A stretch of 64,000 bases of DNA, taken from Parcubacteria group bacterium LiPW_30 (GTDB lineage Bacteria; Patescibacteriota; Minisyncoccia; Phycocordibacterales; VMEP01). The number at the start of each line of letters is the position of its first letter. Positions within the stretch are counted from its first letter, which is position 1. The notes beneath the pieces were generated by a model. The model was not told the DNA's origin, did not search any database, and worked only from the letters and a program-made list of their open reading frames with translations. The translations under genes were made by a program, and so were the position numbers. Positions 34,679 through 43,930 of the stretch are shown here, one piece after another. Location of the stretch: the NCBI GenBank assembly GCA_007375595.1, contig VMEP01000001.1, positions 255,883 through 319,882 on the forward strand, in the 5' to 3' direction.

Positions 34679-35671
34679 TTACTTAAGATTTAATCTTTCA
34701 GAAATCAAATCTACTTTTCCACGCACGTTTTCATAGTTAGATTTCTTTGAAGCGTAAAGCTCATAGTCTTTCTTTGTGTGTGAGTCACCACCACCACTTT
34801 CAAGTGCTTTGTATTTTTTTATCAACCCTTTTAGTATTTCTTGTTCTTTTTTTATTCCCTCTTTAAATTTACCTTTAAAGCCCAATCCATAAGTTGTTTC
34901 AAGACCATCAATACGCTTTTGTTTCAAAAGCTTCTCTACTAGTTTTAGTGGAATTTCTTTTGCGGTGGTGAAATAGTGGGCGATAAAGGCAAGACCTCCG
35001 GCATTTCTAATAAGCTTAACGGCTTCGTCTAAATCAGGTCGGTCATCTATTTCAACAGAACATGGTTTAAATGCGTGATGTCCAAGGAAAAGACTATAGG
35101 GTTGTTGATATTCGCCAACGTTCATCATTAAGTCGTATTCTTTTTTAATTTTGTCATTTGTTTTTGAAGCCTCCTTCATTTCCTCTATAGATTTCTTAAA
35201 AATAAGAAGATTCCTCTTTTTTGAAAGAAGGATGGAAACGATATGTGGTTTATTAACTACTCCTTCGCCAGCCTTTCGAAGACACTCTTTTGCTGTTATA
35301 GAAAGACCATATTTTTGAAGATTTAAAACCGTCTTTTCCATGCGAGTAATTCTCAATCGTGATATTTTTTCCGTGAACGCGCGAAGTTTTTTATTTTGAG
35401 GGTTAACAAACAAACCTATTGTATGTAGCGTGCCGTTTCCACGGAGGGCCTCTTTGGGGTGCTTTGCAGAAATTTCAATTCCCATAACCACATTCACAGG
35501 ACCTTTATATTTTTTTAGAAAAGTAAGTGTTTTATCACTCGGTAATACATCGTGGTCAGTAAAAGCTAGAGTTTTGTAACCTAGTTTTTCAGTAAGAGCT
35601 AAGACTTCTTTGTGGCTTAAATCGCCGTCTGAAATTTTTGTATGATTATGTAGGGATTCAATATTTTTCAT
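34679..35671 (-). CDS. PHP-domain phosphoesterase (YciV/TrpH-like)
   Basis: LHNHT..SDG, TDHD, AH, GGDSH. Confidence 0.88.
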   Translation of the reverse strand: MKNIESLHNHTKISDGDLSHKEVLALTEKLGYKTLAFTDHDVLPSDKTLTFLKKYKGPVNVVMGIEISAKHPKEALRGNGTLHTIGLFVNPQNKKLRAFTEKISRLRITRMEKTVLNLQKYGLSITAKECLRKAGEGVVNKPHIVSILLSKKRNLLIFKKSIEEMKEASKTNDKIKKEYDLMMNVGEYQQPYSLFLGHHAFKPCSVEIDDRPDLDEAVKLIRNAGGLAFIAHYFTTAKEIPLKLVEKLLKQKRIDGLETTYGLGFKGKFKEGIKKEQEILKGLIKKYKALESGGGDSHTKKDYELYASKKSNYENVRGKVDLISERLNLK

Positions 35672-35745
35672 TTCGTATGGTATTTTGAGCCGTCAGTATA
35701 ACATTTTGTCTTAATCTTAGTTTTCCTGTTTTTATTAGAAACCAT

Positions 35746-35787
35746 CCCCCGACTATAATTACGCTATAGCGTAATTATAGTCGGGGG
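35746..35787. repeat. 42-bp perfect loop-less palindrome centred on GCTATAGC
   Basis: CCCCCGACTATAATTACGCTA|TAGCGTAATTATAGTCGGGGG. Confidence 0.95.
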
Positions 35788-35884
35788 GGGTTATTTAAAA
35801 CTTGTGCAGTTTCTCTTGAAAATGTAAACTTCGATTTACGTTCTATTTATTTATGTAGCCAAGAACTTGATTGAAAATATGCGT

Positions 35885-35958
35885 CCGCCCTTAGCTCAGT
35901 TGGTTAGAGCACAGAGCTTATACCTCTGCGGTCCCTGGTTCGAATCCAGGAGGGCGGA
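35885..35958 (+). tRNA. tRNA-Ile(UAU)
   Basis: Cloverleaf CCGCCCT/AGGGCGG-A; anticodon arm CAGAG-CTTATAC-CTCTG. Confidence 0.92.
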
Positions 35959-35974
35959 CATATATTTTCAGTTT

Positions 35975-38134
35975 CTACTCAAAGTGTATCGTTGCTTCTT
36001 TTTCCGCTAGTTTTTCTTTAAGTCTAGGATATTTAGTGAGCTTGTTTTCAAGAATTATTTTTTTTGCTTCCTCTCGCGCTGCTTCCACCATCTTTAGATT
36101 TTTTAGCGCCTCCATTCCAATATCAGAAAGCCCCCATTGTTTTCCGCCAGAGAGTTCTCCTGGGCCACGTAGTTTTAAATCAAGTTCGGCAAGCTCAAAT
36201 CCATTTTTCGCTTCAGTGATTGCCTTTAGGCGAGCTTTTGATTTTTCGTTGTCTGACTCAGGGAATAAATAACAATATGATTGATGACTACTTCGCTGGA
36301 CTCGTCCGCGAAGTTGGTGAAGTTGAGCTAGTCCAAATCTTTCCGCACCCTCAATAATAATTGAAGTTGCGTTGGGAACATTTAATCCAACTTCTACCAC
36401 AGAAGTTGCAACCAAAATATTCATTTTCCCAAAAAGAAAATCTTCCATCACTCGGTCACGTTCTTCGCGCTTCATCTTGCTGTGTAAAATTCCGATAGTA
36501 GATTTTGGGAAAACACTTTTCTTTAAACGTTTAGCTTCAGCTGTTACCGACTTCGCATTCAGTGCCATTGATTTGTCTGGATCTGGTTCGTCAATTCGCG
36601 GACAAATTATATATGCCTGCCTACCAGCGGTAATTTCTTCTTGGATTTTTTCATAAACTTTTTCGCGTTTTCCTTTGGTGACAATTTCTGTAATAACTTG
36701 TTTTCGCCCAACAGGCATTTCGTCTATCAGTGTTAAATCTAGGTCTCCATAGACGGTTAGCGCGAGCGTGCGTGGGATTGGAGTTGCGGTCATTGAAAGA
36801 AGGTGTGGAGCGGAAGTATCTTTGCGAGCAAGCCTCATTCGCTGGTTTGTGCCGAATCGATGTTGTTCGTCAATAACAACTAAACCTAAGTTTTTAAAAG
36901 AAACACTTTTTTGTATTAAGGCGTGTGTTCCAATTACGATTGGAATTTCCCCATTTGCCACCCATTTCAGAAATTGAGTTCTTGAAATATTTGTCCAAGA
37001 GCTCGGATTTACTTTTGATGGAAATTTTCTACACCCTGAACCCGTAATTAAACCAACGGAGATATTCATGTGGGTAAAATATTTTATGAAGGATTCAAAA
37101 TGCTGAGAAGCCAATATTTCAGTTGGCGCCATATAAGCGACCTGCATTCTGGCGGCGCGGTTTTCTTTAGGGCTTGTGGAAATAACCGCGTAAGAAGCAG
37201 TTGCCGCAACGGCAGTTTTTCCCGAACCAACATCTCCTTCAAGTAGGCGCGACATTGGTTTTCCACTTTTGAAATCTTCCAAAATGTCTTTTATCGCATT
37301 GTTCTGCGCCTCGGTTGCTTCAAAAGGGAAGCGTTCAATAAACCCTTGAACATCCTCTTTGTCGGGTTCTATAACAAACGAGTTATTTTTTTCAAATTCA
37401 AACTTTGCTTGTTGTCGTTGTAGTTGGATGAAAAAGACTTCTTCGAAAGCGAAACGTTTGCGCGCCGCAGAAGCGTGAGATTCATTTTTGGGATTATGTA
37501 TAAAAATGAGCGCATCTTTTAACTGAGGAAGTTTGTATTTTGTAAGAATCTCGTTTGGTATTGGGTCATCTAAAGTATTTAAAAAATTTGCTTGAAGTAA
37601 TTTTCTTATTGAGTGCTGAAACCACAAAGAAGAAATTCCCTTACTTTCCTCATATACAGGAATCATGCTCTCGGTTGTGACCGCCTCTCCCAGTAACCCG
37701 TTTTGAAGAGGGAGGCTCGCAACACGCTCTATATCTGGGTTTGCTAAATATCGTGAACCACTTCTTTCTGAAATAACACCACTTACTCTCACAGAAGATT
37801 CGGCAGGAATCATTTTTGCGAGATATGGTTGGTTGAACCAAACTATTTTTATTGAGCCTGTGTGGTCGGTGAGAGTTCCTTCGGCCATTGGGATTTTTTT
37901 TCGGAAAGCTTTGCTTGTTTTAAGATTGGTTAGTTTGCCGAAAAAAATAACCCGGTCGCCAGAACGAGAAGATAAAATTGCTTGAGACGAACCAAAGTCT
38001 ATATAGCGCGAGGGAAGGTGATAAAGAAGATCTCTTACTGTTATTATTTTTAGTTTAACAAGAGCTTCTTTCTGAGATTGATTTAACCTAAAAAGAGAAG
38101 ATATTGGGGTTTTTTCCTCAAAGGTTGTTTGCAT
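35975..38134 (-). CDS. recG: ATP-dependent DNA helicase RecG
   Basis: RLLEGDVGSGKT, DEQHRFG, MTATPIPRTL, QLRGRV, RGPGE. Confidence 0.97.
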   Translation of the reverse strand: MQTTFEEKTPISSLFRLNQSQKEALVKLKIITVRDLLYHLPSRYIDFGSSQAILSSRSGDRVIFFGKLTNLKTSKAFRKKIPMAEGTLTDHTGSIKIVWFNQPYLAKMIPAESSVRVSGVISERSGSRYLANPDIERVASLPLQNGLLGEAVTTESMIPVYEESKGISSLWFQHSIRKLLQANFLNTLDDPIPNEILTKYKLPQLKDALIFIHNPKNESHASAARKRFAFEEVFFIQLQRQQAKFEFEKNNSFVIEPDKEDVQGFIERFPFEATEAQNNAIKDILEDFKSGKPMSRLLEGDVGSGKTAVAATASYAVISTSPKENRAARMQVAYMAPTEILASQHFESFIKYFTHMNISVGLITGSGCRKFPSKVNPSSWTNISRTQFLKWVANGEIPIVIGTHALIQKSVSFKNLGLVVIDEQHRFGTNQRMRLARKDTSAPHLLSMTATPIPRTLALTVYGDLDLTLIDEMPVGRKQVITEIVTKGKREKVYEKIQEEITAGRQAYIICPRIDEPDPDKSMALNAKSVTAEAKRLKKSVFPKSTIGILHSKMKREERDRVMEDFLFGKMNILVATSVVEVGLNVPNATSIIIEGAERFGLAQLHQLRGRVQRSSHQSYCYLFPESDNEKSKARLKAITEAKNGFELAELDLKLRGPGELSGGKQWGLSDIGMEALKNLKMVEAAREEAKKIILENKLTKYPRLKEKLAEKEATIHFE

Positions 38135-38169
38135 ACGTGTTGCCTTTTAGTATAGCAAACTCATTGAGG

Positions 38170-38766
38170 TTAATTTTTCTTGTTACTACCAAGAATATTT
38201 TCTTCAAAAATTGTAGTGATAAGACGCTCAACCACAAGGAAAAGAAGAAGACCTAAGGCGAGCCCAATTTCGGCATAGCGGAAATAATATTTAAGGTGAG
38301 GTATCCAAGCGCTTGTAGTATAAGCAATCCCTCCGACTATAAAGATCCAGACAAGCACTGCTTTTACGTCAGCTCTAAAAAATTTTCTAACTGGGACGTT
38401 AAGCATTCCTGAACGAATTAAGGTTATACGATTGGTGCCATAGATAAATTTCGTGGCCATAAGGAGAGTATCTGTACGGTTTAAAATGCCGTCATCAAAG
38501 CGTTTAGTTACCTTGCTAATTATTTTAGAAGGTAGACTTTCGGGATGTCTGTTGGCAAATTTTCCTAATGAGTACCATAAAAAATCCCCAATGAGCGCGC
38601 CTAAAATAAGAAGTGGGGCGATATATGGAAGATAGAAAAATCCTTGTTTTGTAAGAAAAGCGGAAACGAAGACAACAACATCACCTTCAATCATCATTAA
38701 AGCAAAGGCCCCTAAATAGGCGGATAGTTTCCAAGAGATTAAGTATTTTAGGAAGAGGGTTTTCAT
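38170..38766 (-). CDS. DedA family membrane protein
   Basis: EGD.VV, GALIGD..WY.LG, KFIYG.R. Confidence 0.8.
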   Translation of the reverse strand: MKTLFLKYLISWKLSAYLGAFALMMIEGDVVVFVSAFLTKQGFFYLPYIAPLLILGALIGDFLWYSLGKFANRHPESLPSKIISKVTKRFDDGILNRTDTLLMATKFIYGTNRITLIRSGMLNVPVRKFFRADVKAVLVWIFIVGGIAYTTSAWIPHLKYYFRYAEIGLALGLLLFLVVERLITTIFEENILGSNKKN

Positions 38767-38874
38767 GGGAGCTTATCTATAATTTGTTTCAGCATATCAT
38801 AATTTTTTATCATAAAAACAAAAAGGCGCATGTAGATTTTTCTACACACGCCTCCTAAGGTTAGGCTGAAGGTT

Positions 38875-39327
38875 TTATTCCAGCCCGACCAAACTCAGGG
38901 TCATCCCCAGAATCGGCAGATGGTTTGGAAAAAAGTTCTGGAGCCCTCGGATTTGGTCAAGGGAGAACGACTTCACAATTTCTCCCTCGTCGCCAGTTGC
39001 CGCGAGATCTGCAAAGTCCCCAAGTCCGACGTAGAGATACTGGGTGTGGGTCCTCTTGTCGAGTTTCCCGAGCCTGGATACTCGCACCGTCACACCAGTC
39101 TCTTCTTTGACCTCACGTACGGCGGCATTGTCTGCTGCCAAATGGTCGTCGTATGGATGTTCTGGATTGACGTCCTCCTTGTCGATTTTTCCGCCAGGGA
39201 ACTTCCAGTAATGTGGCTCAGGTTTCGTTTTGTCGAGGACTAAGGCAAATCGCCCCGTATTCTCGTCAATTACCGCAACAACAGACGCGCCAATACCGGC
39301 CGTCTTATCAGATTTTTGATTAGCCAA
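38875..39327 (-). CDS. NUDIX hydrolase
   Basis: WKFPGG...AVREVKEETG; AGGAGG SD, TTG start. Confidence 0.88.
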   Translation of the reverse strand: MANQKSDKTAGIGASVVAVIDENTGRFALVLDKTKPEPHYWKFPGGKIDKEDVNPEHPYDDHLAADNAAVREVKEETGVTVRVSRLGKLDKRTHTQYLYVGLGDFADLAATGDEGEIVKSFSLDQIRGLQNFFPNHLPILGMTLSLVGLE

Positions 39328-39534
39328 TTTAACCCACCTCCTAGCGGGGGAAAATCAAGTTAAGTTAAAGGGTCTTGCTACTTTTTATGATAGCACGTTT
39401 GTATAAAAAAGTCAATGCGGGGTGGTAATGTGTACACATTACCCATAGAGCTTGACTACTTAATTCTGCCATGTTACCGTACAAAAAGATTCATTGTCCC
39501 GCTCCGAAAGGAGCTTTCCTTAAAGGAGGAACCC

Positions 39535-39894
39535 ATGCTACTGTCCAGCGAGTTAGCCTTGCAATTGAAATCCGTTCGGAAACCGATCGTGTTCTCTCTT
39601 TTCGGACCGGAAGGCGCCGATGACGAGCGGGAACAAATCATCTTCAAGAATGCTCTGGTCGTCGAAGTAATTAACGCCTTGCGACTCTGTGGCTTCTGTC
39701 AAATCTATGCCGCCAAACTCCTGATTGGAACCTCCAATGAGGCAAGAGTGCGGAGAGAAACCTTCGAGCTTCTTGAGCTTTTCCAAAGGCAGATCATGCT
39801 TTTGAGGATCGGCGGAGAGACCCTCAAGTTCGAGACACTCGAATTTGGCGAACCGGGCTCAGTGTCGATTCGGCTGGATGTACTTTTGATTTGA
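39535..39894 (+). CDS. Hypothetical protein
   Basis: AAGGAGG SD before ATG 39535, TTGACT promoter, terminator gccgcccc-aatt-ggggcggc. Confidence 0.7.
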   Translation: MLLSSELALQLKSVRKPIVFSLFGPEGADDEREQIIFKNALVVEVINALRLCGFCQIYAAKLLIGTSNEARVRRETFELLELFQRQIMLLRIGGETLKFETLEFGEPGSVSIRLDVLLI

Positions 39895-39995
39895 CGCGAA
39901 CTGTCAAAACAGGCCGCCCCAATTGGGGCGGCTAACTTTTTTAATTATTTTCTTCGGCCAAATATCTTACTTGCTGTTGCTCGTAAAAATTTAAA

Positions 39996-40116
39996 ACGGA
40001 GACGGTGGTTCGGCCACGAATATTTTACTCGCCGTCGCTCGTAAAATTTCTTGACCACGGCTCGCGACCTGTTCTGCTGAACAGGTGCCCGCTCCGCCTT
40101 TCGAATCCCACCGTCT
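39996..40116 (-). mobile_element. tRNA-Ser-tail mirror element
   Basis: Inverted TTCGAATCCCACCGTCT (40100-40116) and direct ACGGAGACGGTGG (39996-40008) copies of the tRNA 3' end around a GC-rich core. Confidence 0.7.
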
Positions 40117-40165
40117 TTACGAAAAATATAGTCACAAAATGCTTCACATTTTGTTCCTTGTTTTA

Positions 40166-40252
40166 CGGAGACGGTGGGATTCGAACCCACGGTCCCGATT
40201 AAGGGACGCCTCGTTAGCAGTGAGGTGCTTTCGACCACTCAGCCACGTCTCC
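40166..40252 (-). tRNA. tRNA-Ser(GCT)
   Basis: GGAGACG acceptor, long variable arm, loop CTGCTAA, G73. Confidence 0.95.
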
Positions 40253-40340
40253 ATATATTATATAAACATTGCACGCTTTCTCTTTTTAATGCACCGCCGA
40301 TATGAGAAAACTTAACACATTTTTATTAGTTGAGCCAATG

Positions 40341-41030
40341 TTATTTTGCCACAGTGATTTTTAAAAAATTCCTTGCTCCAGATTTTTTAAGAGCTTTTTC
40401 TGCTTCATGGAGGGTTGCGCCAGTAGTTGAAACATCGTCTATTAAAATTATATTTTTTCCGCGCACTAATTCTTTGTTTTTAACAGCAAAACAACCGCGA
40501 ACATTATTTTTTCTTTCTCCTTTATTTTTTATTTCCGCTTGTGGGGGTGTGTCAATCGCACGGAGAAGAATATCTTTTTTAAGTGTGAAGTTTTCTCCCG
40601 CATCTTTTTCAATTAAAGCTTCCGCCAAAAGTTCCGCCTGGTTATATCCTCGTTTTTTAAAACGTTTTGTAGAAAGTGGAACGGGAATCAGAACGGCATC
40701 GCTCCAGTTTTTTAGTAATTTTAGGTCGGCAAGTTCTGGAAGTAGTCTTTCATAAAGAGCTTCCGCTAAAATTGGAGCTAAGTATCTTCCATTTCTGTAC
40801 TTTAGTTTCCAGATAGCTCTTTTAACTATTTTGTTCTGGTAAGAAAACACAGCAACAACCTCTTCTTCTTGTTTAAAATCTGGTGGCGGTAAAACGACGA
40901 GGCATTTTGCGCATAAACCAACCTCTTTTTCCCCACAACCAACACAAGAAATAGGGTAGAGGGTATTTGATAGCAAAAAAGAAAGGGGCTGTAATAAATC
41001 GGTTAGTTTTTTTAAATCAACACTAAACAT
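40341..41030 (-). CDS. comF: ComF/ComFC competence protein
   Basis: CxxC pair, PVPL, RGYNQ, LIDDVSTTGATL. Confidence 0.93.
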   Translation of the reverse strand: MFSVDLKKLTDLLQPLSFLLSNTLYPISCVGCGEKEVGLCAKCLVVLPPPDFKQEEEVVAVFSYQNKIVKRAIWKLKYRNGRYLAPILAEALYERLLPELADLKLLKNWSDAVLIPVPLSTKRFKKRGYNQAELLAEALIEKDAGENFTLKKDILLRAIDTPPQAEIKNKGERKNNVRGCFAVKNKELVRGKNIILIDDVSTTGATLHEAEKALKKSGARNFLKITVAK

Positions 41031-41115
41031 CGCAAATTTTTAAAACTTTTTTATGTTATACTTTTAAAAAGACTTTTCAAACATGGCTATTGTAATTGTA
41101 ATTGATTTTTAGGTT

Positions 41116-42267
41116 ATGGATAATCCCTTCAACAAAATTCTTGGGTCACTTAAATCGGGCTTCGCCAAAAGAAGCCAGAGTGTTGTTGGTATCGATATTG
41201 GTTCTTCTTTCGTTAAAGTTGTGCAACTTAAAAAGAAAGGTGGACGCGCCGTGCTTGAAACATATGGCGAGCTTGCTTTGGGCCCAATCGCTGGGCTTGA
41301 AGTTGGAAGAATGACCAACCTTTCTGCGGAGAAAGTTGCCCAAGCGGTAGCAGATATTTTTCGTGAGGCCAACGTGACAACAAAAGAGAGCGCAATCGCA
41401 ATTCCGCTTTCTGGTAGCCTTATCTCTTTTGTGGAGATTCCGTATCTTGTAGAAAAACAACTTCAAGAAATTATTCCGATTGAAGCGAGAAAGTATATTC
41501 CTGTGCCAATCTCCGAAGTCACTCTTGATTGGTGGATTATTCCAAAATTTGATAGCGCAACAACCGAAGTTAGCGAATCGGAAAAATCGAGTATTACTGC
41601 CGGAGCAAGAGTTCAGAAGGCCGATGTGTTGATTGCTGCAATTCACAATGAGGTGCTTATGAAGCTAAAAAGCGTAGCAACTTTAAATAGTTTAAATGCT
41701 GGGTTTTTTGAAATAGAGGTTTTCAGTACAGTTCGTTCTACTTTTGGACACGACTTGGTACCAACAATGCTTTTTGATATGGGTGCCGGAATGACCAAGC
41801 TTTCTATTGTGGAAAGAGGAATCATGCAAAGCTCGCACATAATAAATAGAGGATCACAAGACATCACGATGAACATTTCAAACTCTCTCGGGGTCTCGTC
41901 TTCGCGCGCGGAAGAGCTGAAGCGTTTATACGGATTATCTCAAACAGAGACCGAAGAAGGAAAAGTTGTCGCCGAAATCTCATCCACAGTTCTTGAGTAT
42001 GTATTTTCCGAAGCGAATAGGATATTATTAAACTACGAAAGGAAATATAATAAAACTGTCTCAAAGGTTATCCTTATCGGTGGCGGCGTTCTTTTAAAAG
42101 GGTTTAAAGAAGCAGCAGAAAAAAATCTAGAAGCCGAAGTTCTTTACGGAGATCCATTTGCAAAAGTCGAAGCCCCTGCGTTTTTAACAGATGTATTAAA
42201 AGAGGCTGGACCAGAGTTTGCTGTGGCAATAGGATTGGCTCTAAGAAGACTACAAGAACTTGATTAA
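41116..42267 (+). CDS. pilM: Type IV pilus assembly protein PilM
   Basis: GIDIGSS..KVVQL, EARKYIP, DMGA, GGG, AIGLALR. Confidence 0.92.
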   Translation: MDNPFNKILGSLKSGFAKRSQSVVGIDIGSSFVKVVQLKKKGGRAVLETYGELALGPIAGLEVGRMTNLSAEKVAQAVADIFREANVTTKESAIAIPLSGSLISFVEIPYLVEKQLQEIIPIEARKYIPVPISEVTLDWWIIPKFDSATTEVSESEKSSITAGARVQKADVLIAAIHNEVLMKLKSVATLNSLNAGFFEIEVFSTVRSTFGHDLVPTMLFDMGAGMTKLSIVERGIMQSSHIINRGSQDITMNISNSLGVSSSRAEELKRLYGLSQTETEEGKVVAEISSTVLEYVFSEANRILLNYERKYNKTVSKVILIGGGVLLKGFKEAAEKNLEAEVLYGDPFAKVEAPAFLTDVLKEAGPEFAVAIGLALRRLQELD

Positions 42268-42298
42268 AAAATTTTTATATTAGGCACTTCGTAATTTA

Positions 42299-42919
42299 AT
42301 GGATTACCCATCACAAAATCAAACATCATTTATTCCAAGAAAGTCCTTGGTTAAAGAAGGAAACGGGGGTGAAAAACCTGTTGGGGTCTTTCTTATTATT
42401 TCTGTTTTTATTTTTCTAGTTGCCGTTCTTGGTGGTGTTGGCGTCTTTCTTTACGAGAAAAAATTATCTAACGATATACAAAGTGCTAGCGATAGTTTAA
42501 AAAGGGCACAAGGGGCTTTTGAAATTCCAACGATAGAGAATTTGAAATTATTAGGAAGAAGAATTGAAATGTCTAAAAACTTAGTTCAAAGACACACCGT
42601 AGTGTCGCCGGTTTTTGAATTACTACAAAACGAAACTTTGAAAAGTGTGCGATTTAATAAATTTGAATACTCTAATGACCTTAAAGGTGTTGTGAAGGTG
42701 GATTTGGACGGAGAAGCAAAAAGCTATGAAACTCTTGCTTTGCAGTCATCTGAGTTTGCCAAAAATAAGAACATTAAAGGTAATGTCTTTTCAAATATCA
42801 ATTTGGATGAAAAAGGCAATGTTGTTTTTAAAGTAGAACTCACTCTTGACCCAACTGTTATTTCTTACCGCGACCAATTATTACGATTAAGTGGTGGTAG
42901 TGAAGATTTCCAATTTTAA
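42299..42919 (+). CDS. PilN-like protein
   Basis: SFIP motif, single TM plus coiled coil; follows pilM. Confidence 0.7.
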   Translation: MDYPSQNQTSFIPRKSLVKEGNGGEKPVGVFLIISVFIFLVAVLGGVGVFLYEKKLSNDIQSASDSLKRAQGAFEIPTIENLKLLGRRIEMSKNLVQRHTVVSPVFELLQNETLKSVRFNKFEYSNDLKGVVKVDLDGEAKSYETLALQSSEFAKNKNIKGNVFSNINLDEKGNVVFKVELTLDPTVISYRDQLLRLSGGSEDFQF

Positions 42920-42922
42920 AAT

Positions 42923-43516
42923 ATGCTTAAAGTAATTTTTCCAATTTTATTGCTCTCCACGTCAGTCTTGATGTTTTTCACTTTTATTAATCCGCATTAT
43001 CAGAAAATAAAAACAGAACAGGTTGAACTTGCGGATTATAATGAGGCACTCGATAATTCGAAGATTATTTTAGGTCAAAAAAACGATCTTCTGGCTACCG
43101 TTAATGAAATTCCACAAGAACAAAAAGATAAATTAGAAAAATTACTTCCAAGTAATATTGATAATATCCGTCTTATAATCGAAATTAATAATATCGCCAA
43201 AAGATACGGAATAGTGCTTCGGGCAATTGAATTTGGTAGCACCCCTGGTAGTGGAGACAAGAAGACTGACAGCTCTCAGGCGGGACAAAAGGGCGCTGCA
43301 CCAAGCACTACTGGCGGAAATAATGAATACGGGACGGTCACTCTTGGTTTTACCACAGTCGCATCGTACAAGACATGCGTTTCTTTCTTAAAAGAAATAG
43401 AAACGAGTTTACGTTTGGTCGAAATAAAATCTGTCTTGTTTGATGCTCCAGCTTCTTCACAAGATAAAGATTTGTACACCTTTAGAATTGAGCTTAGTAC
43501 CTTTTGGTTAAAATAA
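42923..43516 (+). CDS. PilO-like protein
   Basis: TM, coiled coil, LLPS, FLKEIETSLRL; position. Confidence 0.75.
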   Translation: MLKVIFPILLLSTSVLMFFTFINPHYQKIKTEQVELADYNEALDNSKIILGQKNDLLATVNEIPQEQKDKLEKLLPSNIDNIRLIIEINNIAKRYGIVLRAIEFGSTPGSGDKKTDSSQAGQKGAAPSTTGGNNEYGTVTLGFTTVASYKTCVSFLKEIETSLRLVEIKSVLFDAPASSQDKDLYTFRIELSTFWLK

Positions 43517-43525
43517 AAAAGATAT

Positions 43526-43882
43526 ATGATTTCTAAAAATATAAAGAATATAGTAATAGCCGGGGTGATAATAGGCGCAAGTTTTCTTGTTTATTCTTTT
43601 TTTATAAAATCTAGTGATTCAAACGAATCTATTTCTTCAACCCCGTCTGCTGTTGAAATGAATCAGACTGATAACACCACAGGAAATCAAATCTTAAAAA
43701 TATTAAGTAATTTAAAAACTATCAGAATAGATAAAAACTTCTTTTCTGAACCAGCCTTCATTGAGTTACAAGATTATAGTGTTAATTTGACCGAGGAACA
43801 GGTTGGTAGACAGAATCCATTTATTTCCGTAGGAGCTGAGCCGGTACAGGCACCACAGGCTACCCCTAAGGTAACACAGTAA
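43526..43882 (+). CDS. Small membrane-anchored protein (PilP position)
   Basis: TM and GRQNPF motif. Confidence 0.6.
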   Translation: MISKNIKNIVIAGVIIGASFLVYSFFIKSSDSNESISSTPSAVEMNQTDNTTGNQILKILSNLKTIRIDKNFFSEPAFIELQDYSVNLTEEQVGRQNPFISVGAEPVQAPQATPKVTQ

Positions 43883-43930
43883 GTTGTGGTTTTGTGATAG
43901 TTAACAGTTAAAAATTATTTTTGAAAAACT

